The notes: generated by a model from the letters alone, not told the origin. Counted from the stretch's first letter, positions 1-8,611 are shown. The stretch is 64,000 nt of DNA from an uncultured Burkholderiaceae bacterium (GCA_964512305.1 CAZEIW010000026.1:6582-70581); one strand, 5' to 3'. Translations and numbers: made by a program.

Positions 1-1
1 A

Positions 2-424
2 CCACCTGTACAGGCGGATCATCCCGGCGATGTCGCGGGCGTGGTTGCGTCCCTGGATGAACCCCTGGCGCACGACCGAGTCGTCCGGTCGCGGCCGCTC
101 GAGTTCGAGCCGCGCCGCGCGGTCGCCCGCCGGGACGGCGATGTTCGCCAGGTAGCTCTCGTAGTCCTGTTCCAGGCCGCTTTCGGCGTACCGCCCCAGG
201 TACAGGACCGCCTCCTTTTCGGCCTTCGACCAGAGACTCTCGCCGCCGACATACGCCCTGGCGGCCGACAGCACGTCCATGCTGACGGCGGCGAGCGCCG
301 CCAGCATCGCGGCGATCAGCAGGAACGGCCAGATGATCGCGAGCAGGCGCAGGTTGACCCGGGCGTTCAGCGCCGCCTCTGCCGCGCCGGCCGGTGTCTC
401 GGATTCCGATCTTGTGTGCCGCAT
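2..424 (-). CDS. N-terminal fragment (141 codons, runs off the window start) of a membrane-anchored sensor/signalling-type protein; product uncertain
   Basis: Own translation of the minus strand from ATG at 424: MRHTRSESETPAGAAEAALNARVNLRLLAIIWPFLLIAAMLAALAAVSMDVLSAARAYVGGESLWSKAEKEAVLYLGRYAESG... It stays open to position 2, has one TM helix, and uses GC3-rich codons like its neighbours. It is missing from the ORF track because there is no stop inside the window. Confidence 0.45.
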   Translation of the reverse strand, partial: MRHTRSESETPAGAAEAALNARVNLRLLAIIWPFLLIAAMLAALAAVSMDVLSAARAYVGGESLWSKAEKEAVLYLGRYAESGLEQDYESYLANIAVPAGDRAARLELERPRPDDSVVRQGFIQGRNHARDIAGMIRLYRW

Positions 425-616
425 GAGCAACGAACGCCCGACTCCCCGGCCCCGGGGACAGACCCCGCGCCGCGGCCCGGACTGCCAAGCCGATGGTCGA
501 GTCTGGCCTCAGCGCACCAGCCGCATCACGCCAAAAGCGGCCGAAATCCTACCTCTATTCCCGGCTTGGGGCCGCGGTCCCGCCGTCTTGCCCCGCCCTT
601 GCGGTTGCCGCGGGCC

Positions 617-1549
617 TCAGCGCTGGCACCAGTAGCGGACGCCGAATTCCTCGAGGAAAGCCTCGGCGCCGGCGCCCTTGAGCATCGCGATCGTCGAAAG
701 CGTCCCGGCCTCGACGCAGGTCGCGGCGGCGATGGTGACCGAGCGCGGAGCGCCCGGCACCGGCCAGCCGGTGCGCGGATCCAGGATGTGCCCATAGCGG
801 ACGCCGTCGCGCTGCAGGAACCGGTGCGTATCGCCGCTGGTCGCGAGCGCGCCGCGCGTCAGTTCGAGGATCGCGGCAGGCCCGGCATCATCGCGATCGC
901 GCTCGATCCCGACCTGCCAGGGACCTGCCGCCAGCGGCCGGCTGGCACGCAAGTCGCCGCCGAAGTTGACCAGGGCCGGCGGCGAGTCGCGGCGATCGAC
1001 GATTTCGTGCGCGCGGTCGACCGCGTATTCCTTGGCGATGCCCCCCAGGTCGATCTCCATCCCCGCCGGCAGCACCACGGTGCCTTCGCCTCGCTGCAGG
1101 CGCGAGAAGCCGATCCGCGCGAGCAGGCGCTCGACCGCCGCCGGCGCCGGCAGGCGGTCCGAGCCGTCGAACGTCCAGCACTCGCGCAGCACGCCCGACG
1201 TGATGTCGAACAGCCCCTCGCTGAGGCGATGGCAGGCGTCGGCGAAGTCGAGCAGGCGCGCGGTCTCGGTGTCGATCGCGACCGCGTGCCCGTTGCTCCG
1301 GTTGATCGCGGCGACCGCGCTGTCGGCGCGATAGCGGCTGAACTTGTGCTCGATCCGGAGGGCTTCGATCGCGGCCGGCCGCGCCAGCTCGAGCGCGAGC
1401 GCCGGATCGGCGGTCTCCAGCAGCACCTCGCACGGCGTCCCCATCGCGGTGAAGCGCACCGCGTGAACGCGCCCCGGGCGCGCTTCGACCGTCAGCGGCG
1501 GCGGATCGGCGCGCGCGTCGGGCGCGCCGTCTGGAACCGTTCCGGACAT
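617..1549 (-). CDS. apbE: FAD:protein FMN transferase (ApbE family)
   Basis: C-terminal 310 aa of the 617..2554 ORF, starting at ATG 1549 (MSGTVPDG...). ApbE-like blocks: FSRYRADSAVAAINR, EGLFDITSG, IDLGGIAKEYAVDR, ALVNFGGD, ALATSGD..RF, HILDPRTGWP. The longer upstream extension overlaps the DUF3570 gene. Confidence 0.9.
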   Translation of the reverse strand: MSGTVPDGAPDARADPPPLTVEARPGRVHAVRFTAMGTPCEVLLETADPALALELARPAAIEALRIEHKFSRYRADSAVAAINRSNGHAVAIDTETARLLDFADACHRLSEGLFDITSGVLRECWTFDGSDRLPAPAAVERLLARIGFSRLQRGEGTVVLPAGMEIDLGGIAKEYAVDRAHEIVDRRDSPPALVNFGGDLRASRPLAAGPWQVGIERDRDDAGPAAILELTRGALATSGDTHRFLQRDGVRYGHILDPRTGWPVPGAPRSVTIAAATCVEAGTLSTIAMLKGAGAEAFLEEFGVRYWCQR

Positions 1550-1575
1550 CGGCACGGCCCCTCCTGGCGACCGCG

Positions 1576-3003
1576 TCAGAACTGGAAACGCATGCCGGCC
1601 TGCACGATCCAGGCGCTCAGCGCCGGGTTCAGATCGAGGCCCTGCAACCCCGCCGGCAGGCTGCCCGGGGCGGCCGGGCGCTGTACGTAGCGCTCGACAC
1701 GGAAGCCGAACTCGCTGCCGCTCCAAAGCGGCGTGCCGAACTTCAGGCCGATGGTCTGCGCATCGAAACGCGCCAGCCGGGGATCGGCCGAAACGTCTCC
1801 GCCCAGCGGATCTCCCTGCAGATGATAGAGGCGGTAGAAGCTCGCGGCCGACTGGCGGTAGGCACGCAGGTGCGGCTCCAGGTAACTCCCCTCGCCGGCG
1901 AGCGTCCACCGGTAGTGCATCTCGAGCGTGTGCGAGCGCACGCCCCAGTCGTCGGTCATGTAGCGGTACGACGCCTGCACGACGTCGTGGTCGAGCGAGA
2001 CCTTGTTGTCCCAGTACAGCGCCTTGCGCAGCCGCTGGCCTGGGCGCGACTCGTAGAAGTACGCGAGCGGGCTGCCGAGGTTGCCGGCCGTATCGACCAC
2101 CGTGACGATCTTGTACGGATCGTTCTCGTACCCGGAGGAACGGTCCAGCGACAGGTTGAACTGCGCGATCCAGCGCCGCGACACGATCTGCGTGACGCCG
2201 AGCAGCAGGTCGCCCACCTGCCTGCTCTTGTTGCCCTGCTTCTGGAATCTCGCGTAATCGCTCAGAGGCACCGGGGCGCCGCCGATCGGATTGACCGCGT
2301 CGTGCTCCAGATTGACGCCGGCCGACAGCGTCGTGTTGCGGGAATCGAAGTCCTGCGCGAAGGCGGCATTGACCGACGCCGACATGAAGTCGTTCTCGTG
2401 CGACAGGGCGGCGCCGAGGCTCACGCGCCCTTGCGCGCCCAACGGGGTCCCGTAGTCGCCGCTCAAGGCGATGCGCTGATCGCAGAACGATTTGTCGAGC
2501 GGCAACTGGCCCGGCGCGACCGTGTACAGCTTGGAGCTGCCGTGGCTGCCGCACAGCAGGCTGCCGCCCGAAGCCGAGGTCGTCGTCTGCACCGGCGTCG
2601 ACGGCGGGCTCAGCGTCGTCGCCGACGGGGTCGCGAAGGTCTGAACCTGCCGGCTCGGGATCGCGCCGTTGGGCGTGCCGCCGGTCACCGCGTCGAGCAG
2701 AAGCTTCAAGCCGAACGCCGTATCGCCGTGCAGCGGCTGGCGGACGCTGACGACGGCCTCGCCGGTCGAGACGCGGCCGTCGTTCTCCTGGTAGTAGAGA
2801 AGGCCGGTGTCGATCGTGGCCGGCGGATACGCTTGCGGCCTCGAAGCGGCGTCGTCCTCGCCGCGGCCGCCCGCCGGGCGGTCGCTCCCGGGCGGCACCA
2901 CGGGCTCGGGCGACCCGGCGTGCGCCGCGGACGCGCCGAGCAGCGCCAGCACCGCGATCGCCAACTGGCGCTGCCGCGCGACGGCCGGCGGGCTCAGTTG
3001 CAT
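1576..3003 (-). CDS. DUF3570-family predicted outer-membrane beta-barrel protein
   Basis: Start chosen at ATG 3003 (MQLSPPAVARQRQLAIAVLALLGASAAHA is a signal peptide). The protein shows alternating beta-strand-like composition and ends in a terminal aromatic residue (...AGMRFQF). The TlpA/DUF4266/ApbE context is typical of this family. Confidence 0.8.
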   Translation of the reverse strand: MQLSPPAVARQRQLAIAVLALLGASAAHAGSPEPVVPPGSDRPAGGRGEDDAASRPQAYPPATIDTGLLYYQENDGRVSTGEAVVSVRQPLHGDTAFGLKLLLDAVTGGTPNGAIPSRQVQTFATPSATTLSPPSTPVQTTTSASGGSLLCGSHGSSKLYTVAPGQLPLDKSFCDQRIALSGDYGTPLGAQGRVSLGAALSHENDFMSASVNAAFAQDFDSRNTTLSAGVNLEHDAVNPIGGAPVPLSDYARFQKQGNKSRQVGDLLLGVTQIVSRRWIAQFNLSLDRSSGYENDPYKIVTVVDTAGNLGSPLAYFYESRPGQRLRKALYWDNKVSLDHDVVQASYRYMTDDWGVRSHTLEMHYRWTLAGEGSYLEPHLRAYRQSAASFYRLYHLQGDPLGGDVSADPRLARFDAQTIGLKFGTPLWSGSEFGFRVERYVQRPAAPGSLPAGLQGLDLNPALSAWIVQAGMRFQF

Positions 3004-3242
3004 CCGCAACCTCCGCCGCCGAAGCCCCTGCCGCCGCTGGAGGCCTCCTTGCTGAAGTAGATGTGATCGTCGATCGACGAATCGATCGGGTCCGAGTCGA
3101 GCAACATCCCGGGCCTCGCCATCAGGTCGCGCTCCCAGGGCTTGACGCCGGGAACGGCACAGCCGCCGGCCAGGAGGCACAACACGATGGCCGCGGCGGG
3201 CAGCCGCAGGCGCTTCGGACCCGAGCGCGTCCGCATCTTCAT
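2994..3242 (-). CDS. DUF4266-family small lipoprotein
   Basis: 82 aa from ATG 3242: MKMRTRSGPKRLRLPAAAIVLCLLAGGC (lipobox LAGGC), ending ...SSGGRGFGGGGCGCN. Overlaps the downstream DUF3570 start by 10 nt. Confidence 0.8.
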   Translation of the reverse strand: MKMRTRSGPKRLRLPAAAIVLCLLAGGCAVPGVKPWERDLMARPGMLLDSDPIDSSIDDHIYFSKEASSGGRGFGGGGCGCN

Positions 3243-3297
3243 CGCCGGCGCGCGCATCGTCGTTCTTGTGTCATCGCACATCGATCGCCGCTCCGCC

Positions 3298-3753
3298 TCA
3301 CCGCTCGGCGGCGAGTTGCGCGAGCTCGCGCTCGTACGCGGCGCTTTCCTCGGCGTGGAATCCGACGTGCTTGAAGCGCACCCGGCCGGCGCGGTCGATG
3401 TAGAAGCTCGCCGGCATGCCGGCGACCTTGAACGATTCGGCGAACTTCGCCTGCGGGTCGAACACGATCGGGAACCGCGGCCGGAGCTGGTCGAGGAAGG
3501 CTTCCGCAAGCGCGCGGTCGCGGTCGAGGTTGACGCCGATCACGACGACGCCCTGATCGCCGTACCGGTTCTGGATCTGCTGCATCCAGGGGAACGACTC
3601 CTTGCACGGCCCGCACCAGGAGGCCCAGAAGTCGACCAGCACGACCTTGCCCTTGAGCGCATCGAGATCGAGCGTCGGTGCCGGCGTGCCGGCGTGGGCC
3701 GCGCTCGTGCAGAGCACCGCCGCGGCGATGGATCGACGGGCGAAACGGAGCAT
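3298..3753 (-). CDS. TlpA-family periplasmic thiol:disulfide oxidoreductase (thioredoxin fold)
   Basis: Signal peptide MLRFARRSIAAAVLCTSAAHA. Active site VDFWASWCGPCKESFP. Redoxin-like GMPASFYIDRAG. Confidence 0.9.
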   Translation of the reverse strand: MLRFARRSIAAAVLCTSAAHAGTPAPTLDLDALKGKVVLVDFWASWCGPCKESFPWMQQIQNRYGDQGVVVIGVNLDRDRALAEAFLDQLRPRFPIVFDPQAKFAESFKVAGMPASFYIDRAGRVRFKHVGFHAEESAAYERELAQLAAER

Positions 3754-4009
3754 CAGGTTGTCCCCGGGGGTGAAAGGCGAGCCGGATGGTAGCGAACGGG
3801 CCGCCGGCCGGGTGTCAACGGCGCCCGCCTGGATGTAACGCGGTGTAATTCGCGTTAAGCGACCATCAAGAAAGGCGACTTCTCTTCAGGAAGAAGCAGC
3901 GCCGCGGACCCCCGCAACTTAGATTTGACTAAGAAACAGGGCGTGCGTGACGTTCCTTCATGCGACGGCTCTTTGGCCTAGCGGCATCCGCAGCGACGCG
4001 CGGCCCGCG

Positions 4010-4798
4010 CTAACCGGCATCGAAGGGCGCCGCCATCGCAGTCAGCGCGTCGCGGACGAATTCGAACGCGGGCTCGACCGCCGCCGGCGGGCCCTTGACA
4101 CCCAACTCGATGTGGCGCCGCGCCGGCCGCCCGTCGCTGCCGTCCCCGATCGAAGGCAGGCTGAACGTCTTGACGCCGGGGAAACGGGCCTCGACCTGCA
4201 TCATCAACGGCGCGATCGCCGATTCGGGCGTCTCGTACAGCAGCAGCGAACGCTCGGCCGTCGGTCTCGAATGGAAGTGCTCGCGGAATTCGGTGTCGAG
4301 GATGGCCTCGATCATCGGCCAGGCCATCACCGGGAACCCGGGCACGAAATAGTGGCGTGCCACCGCGAAGCCGGGAATCCGGTTGTAAGGATTCGCGATG
4401 ATGCGGGCGCCGCGCGGGAACTCGCCCATCGTGAGCCGCTGCCGGTTCTCCGGCGTCGTCATGTCGGGCTGGCCGAGTTGCGCGCAGCGCAGCGCGATTT
4501 CCGACGCCGCTTCCGGATGCAGCATGAGGTCGACGCCGAGCGCGATCGCAGCGGCCTGGCGCGTGTGGTCGTCGGGGGTCGAGCCGATGCCGCCGCAGCT
4601 GAACACCGCATCGTCGCCGCCGAAACTGAGCCGCAAGGCGTCGACCAGCGCGCGGCGGTCGTCCGGCAGGTACTGGGCCCACGACAGGGTGAGCCCGCGT
4701 GCCGACAGCAGACCGATGACATGCGCGAAATGCCTGTCGGCGCGTTTACCCGACAGGATTTCGTCGCCGATCACGAACAGTCCGAAGCGCGGCGTCAT
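4010..4798 (-). CDS. CinA-like / MoCF-biosynthesis (molybdopterin-binding) domain protein, without a PncC deamidase domain
   Basis: Start at internal ATG 4798 (MTPRFGLFVIGDEILSGKRADRH...). Also contains CGGIGSTPDDHTRQAAA, typical of the CinA N-terminal domain. Confidence 0.85.
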   Translation of the reverse strand: MTPRFGLFVIGDEILSGKRADRHFAHVIGLLSARGLTLSWAQYLPDDRRALVDALRLSFGGDDAVFSCGGIGSTPDDHTRQAAAIALGVDLMLHPEAASEIALRCAQLGQPDMTTPENRQRLTMGEFPRGARIIANPYNRIPGFAVARHYFVPGFPVMAWPMIEAILDTEFREHFHSRPTAERSLLLYETPESAIAPLMMQVEARFPGVKTFSLPSIGDGSDGRPARRHIELGVKGPPAAVEPAFEFVRDALTAMAAPFDAG

Positions 4799-5030
4799 CG
4801 ACACGGCTGGCCAATACCGGGATACCGCTCCCAAAATTGCGATAATGCACCGCAACAACCGCTACCCGCAAAGGGAAGTTTCCATCCCGCACGGGCGACC
4901 TGCAACCAGATGTTTCCGGTCGTGCACGCCCGGGCTCCCCGATGCGTTGCTCGCGTATAAACGATGGCGGCGCGTGATGGCAGCAACGAGCAGCGCGAAT
5001 CACGTGCCTCGATCCGGAGCCGATTCTGCG

Positions 5031-6821
5031 ATGAAATCCGACTGCGCTCGAGGTCACGGCAGGCTGACGAGGTGGGTCGGCGTGCTCGCGGTGCTGGGCG
5101 CGCTGGGCGTGGGTGCCGGCGCGCGGGCGCAGGGCTACGACGAAGGCGCCGCGCCACCCGATCCGCCGGGACGCGTCGGGCGCATCAGCCTGCTGTCGGG
5201 CCCCGTCGGCCTGACGGACATCGAAACCGGCGACTCGCAGACGGCGACGCTGAACTGGCCGGTCACGAGCGGCCAGACGCTGTCGACCGGCCGCTTCGGC
5301 CGCGCCGAGGTCAGGATCGGCTCGCTCGCGGTGCGGCTCGGGCCGGAGAGCGACGTCGATTTCGAGCGCGTCGACGACGCGGTGATCCAGATCGTGATCG
5401 AGCGCGGCACGGTGTCGCTGCGCGTGCGCAACCGCGACCTGCTGCCCGCGCTCGATCTGACCACGCCGCGCGAGCGCCTCGTGCTCGACGACGTCGGCCG
5501 CTATCGGGTCGACGTCGATCTCGTGCCGGGACTGACGTCGATCACGACCTACCTCGGATACGCGCGGGTCGCCACCGACGGCGGCATGACCTACGCGGTC
5601 GCGAGCGGCCAGCGCGGCGAGTTCAGCGGCGAGCCGGTAACGCGTTTTCAGCTGGTCGCCCCCCTGACCGACACCTTCGATGACTGGGTCGCCGCGATCG
5701 ACCGGCAGGACGACGCGATCCGCAGCTCGCGCTACGTGTCGACCGAGACCACCGGGATCGAGAGCCTCGACGAATACGGCCAGTGGCGCAGCGTCGACGT
5801 GTACGGAGCGGTCTGGTTTCCCGTCGGCGTCCCGGTCGGCTGGGTCCCGTACCGCTACGGCCGCTGGGGCTGGGTTCCGCCGTGGGGCTGGACGTGGATC
5901 GACGATGCCCCGTGGGGCTTCGCTCCGTTCCACTATGGACGTTGGGTCTACGTCAACGGCGGCTGGGGATGGCTGCCCGGCGTGTACCTGCCGCGGCCTG
6001 TCTACGCGCCGGCTCTCGTCGTCTGGTACGGCGGGCCGCCCGCGGGCGGAGCGATCGGCGCGGTCGGCTGGTTCCCGCTCGGTCCGGGCGAGATCTACAT
6101 CCCCTGCTACCGCACCAGCCGCCGCTACGTCGAGGTGGTCAACGCGGCGCAGGATGGGCGGTTCCGGCGCGGCGACCCGACGGTGCCGCCGCCGCACTAC
6201 ATCTACCAGCGCAACCCGGGCGTCGTGACCTGGGTCGACGGCAATGCGCTGATGCGCGAGGAGCCGGTGCGGCGCCACGTGCAACCGCCGCCTTCGCAAT
6301 GGACGTCGATCCCGGTCACGTATCTGCCGCCGGTGTCGGCATCGCCGCCCGGGATGAAGCGGCATTTCGAGCCGGCGCCGGCGCCGGCGCAGCGCGAGGC
6401 CGAACGCGCGCCGCAAGCAGCCGCGGCGCCCGGGATGAAGCGCCAGTTCGAATCGACGCCGGCGCAGCGCGAGGCTGCGCGCGGGCCGCAGACACCTGCG
6501 GCACCCGGTCAATCGTCGCGCGAGACACCCGCGCCGCGAGAGGCGATCACCACCGTCGCGCCGGCGCGGCGCTCGCCCCCGCCAGCGGCCGAAGTCGGGT
6601 CGCGGACCGAAGTGGGGCGGCGCCCCGCACCTGCAGTACGCCCGCAGCCGCCGGCGGCGCCGCCCCGCCCCCCGGCGCAACCGGCCGTCGCGCCTGCGCC
6701 AGTCGTCGCGCCTGCACCGGCCGCGCCGGCCGCGGCTGCGCCACCGCAGGCGGCGCCGGCCGAGGGCCGCGAGGCCCACCGGCGCGAACCCGTGCAGCCG
6801 CACGGCGCCGTCGCGCGCTGA
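5031..6821 (+). CDS. DUF6600/FecR-like exported protein with a Trp/Gly-rich core and a Pro/Ala-rich C-terminal tail
   Basis: In-frame ATG 5031 (MKSDCARGHGRLTRWVGVLAVLGALGVGAGARAQ is a signal peptide; the alternative start is ATG 4977). Core motif: YGAVWFPVGVPVGWVPYRYGRWGWVPPWGWTWIDDAPWGFAPFHYGRWVYVNGGWGWLPG. The first 633 nt of the tracked ORF are antisense to cinA. Confidence 0.75.
   Translation: MKSDCARGHGRLTRWVGVLAVLGALGVGAGARAQGYDEGAAPPDPPGRVGRISLLSGPVGLTDIETGDSQTATLNWPVTSGQTLSTGRFGRAEVRIGSLAVRLGPESDVDFERVDDAVIQIVIERGTVSLRVRNRDLLPALDLTTPRERLVLDDVGRYRVDVDLVPGLTSITTYLGYARVATDGGMTYAVASGQRGEFSGEPVTRFQLVAPLTDTFDDWVAAIDRQDDAIRSSRYVSTETTGIESLDEYGQWRSVDVYGAVWFPVGVPVGWVPYRYGRWGWVPPWGWTWIDDAPWGFAPFHYGRWVYVNGGWGWLPGVYLPRPVYAPALVVWYGGPPAGGAIGAVGWFPLGPGEIYIPCYRTSRRYVEVVNAAQDGRFRRGDPTVPPPHYIYQRNPGVVTWVDGNALMREEPVRRHVQPPPSQWTSIPVTYLPPVSASPPGMKRHFEPAPAPAQREAERAPQAAAAPGMKRQFESTPAQREAARGPQTPAAPGQSSRETPAPREAITTVAPARRSPPPAAEVGSRTEVGRRPAPAVRPQPPAAPPRPPAQPAVAPAPVVAPAPAAPAAAAPPQAAPAEGREAHRREPVQPHGAVAR
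6347..6499 (+). repeat. Imperfect 81-nt tandem duplication inside the DUF6600 gene
   Basis: gcccgggatgaagcg... occurs at 6347 and again at 6428. The two copies encode PGMKRHFEPAPAPAQREAERAPQAAAA and PGMKRQFESTPAQREAARGPQTPAA. Confidence 0.8.
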
Positions 6822-7003
6822 ATACCGGGGGCGGCCGCCCCCACCCATTGCGAACGCGAAACGGCATCGTTTCGCCGCGGTTTTCCCCGGATCGCCTGCG
6901 CAGCGGATCCTTACGCTGGAGCGGCTCGATCCCCGATGCGGGGTCGATCTCCTCGACAACCTCGAACAGCCGACAGGCGATCCCGCGCGGGAAAGGAACT
7001 CCG

Positions 7004-7942
7004 ATGACCGTCCAGTCCACCACCAACGCTTTGACGAATACCTACTTGCAGCCGGCGGCCAAGCCGGCCGTCTCGGAACCCAACGCCGGGCGCGACGGCG
7101 ATGGCGACGATGCCCGCGGCGCGTCGGCGCAACACGCCGGACATCATCACGGCGGCGGCATGTTCGCCTTCATGGAGAGCCTCTTCCAGTCGCTGAACCA
7201 GATGGGACTGACGCCAGGGTCGTCCGCCGCCTCGACGACCGCGTCGACCAGCGGTTCCACGTCGACGTCGGGTGCCGTCGCATCCACGGGCGCCGCAGGC
7301 GCTTCGACCGCGTCGGCGACCTCGACTTCGGGCTCCGGCCAGACGGCCGCCGCAGCCGCGCCGGCGCAGGGCACGGGCGGCGCCGACTCCGATGGCGACA
7401 ACGACGGCAGCGGCACCAGCAACGCCGCCGCGAACGCGCTCGGCGCGCTGCATACGTTCCTGCACGACCTGTTCACGGCAATCCGCCAGGCCCAGGCCGG
7501 GGGCGGGAGCTCCGACAGCGACGGCGACAACGACGGCAGCGGCGCGGGCCAGGCCAGTGCCGTGCGGTCGGCCTATGGAAGCCTGGGCAGCGGCATCCAG
7601 GCGCTGCTCCAGGGGCTCGACGGCAGCACGGGTTCGGGCGCCGGCGCGGGTTCAGCCGCGAGTTCGGTTTCGGGTACGAACACGGCTTCGGGCACCGGCA
7701 CGACTTCGGGCACCAGCGTGGGTTCAAGCGCGAGCGCTGGCTCGAGCTCGGCCGCAAGCAAGCTGCAGCAGGACTTCCAATCGCTGGTGAGCGCGCTCGA
7801 TCCGCAGGCCGCGTCCGCAAGCTCGGGCGGGCCGACGCTGCAGGCGTTCCTGCAGACCCTGCTGTCCAACATGGGCGCGCAGGCGGGCAGCACGGCCGCC
7901 TCGGTCACGCAGCCGGGCTCGCTGGTGCAGGCGACGGCCTAG
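7004..7942 (+). CDS. Hypothetical acidic Gly/Ser/Thr/Ala-rich protein (312 aa) with no Cys, no Trp and no signal peptide
   Basis: ATG 7004 is preceded by gaaaggaa (an RBS-like sequence). Low-complexity tracts are interrupted by four amphipathic segments (MESLFQSLNQMGL, LHTFLHDLFTAIRQA, IQALLQGL/LQQDFQSLVSAL, LQAFLQTLLSNMG). The motif DSDGDNDGSG is duplicated. The upstream part of the 5783..7942 ORF is out-of-frame read-through of the previous gene. Confidence 0.55.
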   Translation: MTVQSTTNALTNTYLQPAAKPAVSEPNAGRDGDGDDARGASAQHAGHHHGGGMFAFMESLFQSLNQMGLTPGSSAASTTASTSGSTSTSGAVASTGAAGASTASATSTSGSGQTAAAAAPAQGTGGADSDGDNDGSGTSNAAANALGALHTFLHDLFTAIRQAQAGGGSSDSDGDNDGSGAGQASAVRSAYGSLGSGIQALLQGLDGSTGSGAGAGSAASSVSGTNTASGTGTTSGTSVGSSASAGSSSAASKLQQDFQSLVSALDPQAASASSGGPTLQAFLQTLLSNMGAQAGSTAASVTQPGSLVQATA

Positions 7943-8032
7943 TCTCCGTCATCAAAGCCCGGGAGGACGAGCAGGCACGGCGCACCCGGAATCGTCGATA
8001 CTGGCGCCTCTCCTTCCTGCGGCGGGGCGAAC

Positions 8033-8611
8033 ATGACGATCCTGGTGCTCGGGCTGCTCCTCTTCCTCGGCGTGCATTCCATCCGGATCGTCGCCGACGG
8101 CTGGCGCGGCGCGCTGGTCGCGCGCCTGGGCGAGAAGCCATGGAAGGGCCTGGTGTCGGTCGGGTCGCTGGCGGGCTTCGTTCTGATCGTCTGGGGCTTC
8201 GGCCTCGCGCGAGCGAACCCGATCCAGGTCTGGGATCCACCGACGTGGACCCGGCTCGTCACGGTGCTGCTGACCCTGCCGGCATTCGTGCTCATCGCGG
8301 CGGCCTATGTGCCGGCCAATCACCTCAAGGCGGCGCTCGGGCACCCGATGGTCCTCGGCGTCAAGACCTGGGCTTTCGCCCATCTGTGCTCCAACGGGCG
8401 CCTCGACGCGATGCTGCTGTTCGGCGCATTCCTCGTCTGGTCGGTGTTCAGCTTCAGGGCCGGCCGGCAGCGCGATCGAGCGGCCGCAACGACCTACCGT
8501 GCCGGGACCTTGAAAGGCGACGCGATCGCGCTGGTGGCCGGCGTCGTGATATGGGCGGCCTTCGGGCGCTATCTGCATGCGTGGCTGATCGGCATGTCGC
8601 CGATGGGCTGA
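8033..8611 (+). CDS. NnrU-family integral membrane protein
   Basis: 192 aa with about 5 TM helices. N-terminus MTILVLGLLLFLGVHSIRIV..., plus KTWAFAHLCSNG, typical of NnrU. Confidence 0.8.
   Translation: MTILVLGLLLFLGVHSIRIVADGWRGALVARLGEKPWKGLVSVGSLAGFVLIVWGFGLARANPIQVWDPPTWTRLVTVLLTLPAFVLIAAAYVPANHLKAALGHPMVLGVKTWAFAHLCSNGRLDAMLLFGAFLVWSVFSFRAGRQRDRAAATTYRAGTLKGDAIALVAGVVIWAAFGRYLHAWLIGMSPMG

Noticed and set aside
41-1690. 549-aa plus-strand ORF covering the start of the window
   Set aside because: Its translation is Arg/Ala/Pro/Gly-rich low-information sequence. It is antisense to a clear ApbE homologue and to the partial sensor gene. This is a typical high-GC shadow ORF.
3836-3857. Inverted repeat TAACGCG-N8-CGCGTTA upstream of tlpA as an operator
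   Set aside because: The arms are only 7 bp in a 256-nt intergenic region. It could arise by chance, and I cannot test its conservation here.
6827-6884. Two GC hairpins after the DUF6600 gene (gggggcggccgccccc and gcgaaacg-gcat-cgtttcgc) as a terminator
   Set aside because: The first has no T-tract, and the second is separated from its tttt by 5 nt. This is too weak to call a rho-independent terminator with confidence.
4746-6959. 737-aa minus-strand ORF opposite the DUF6600 gene
   Set aside because: It has Arg-rich shadow-ORF composition. The same applies to 15481..17943(-), 28403..31051(+), 31252..33126(-), 53884..56337(-), 57818..61033(-) and 61064..62044(-), all antisense to genes with clear family signatures.
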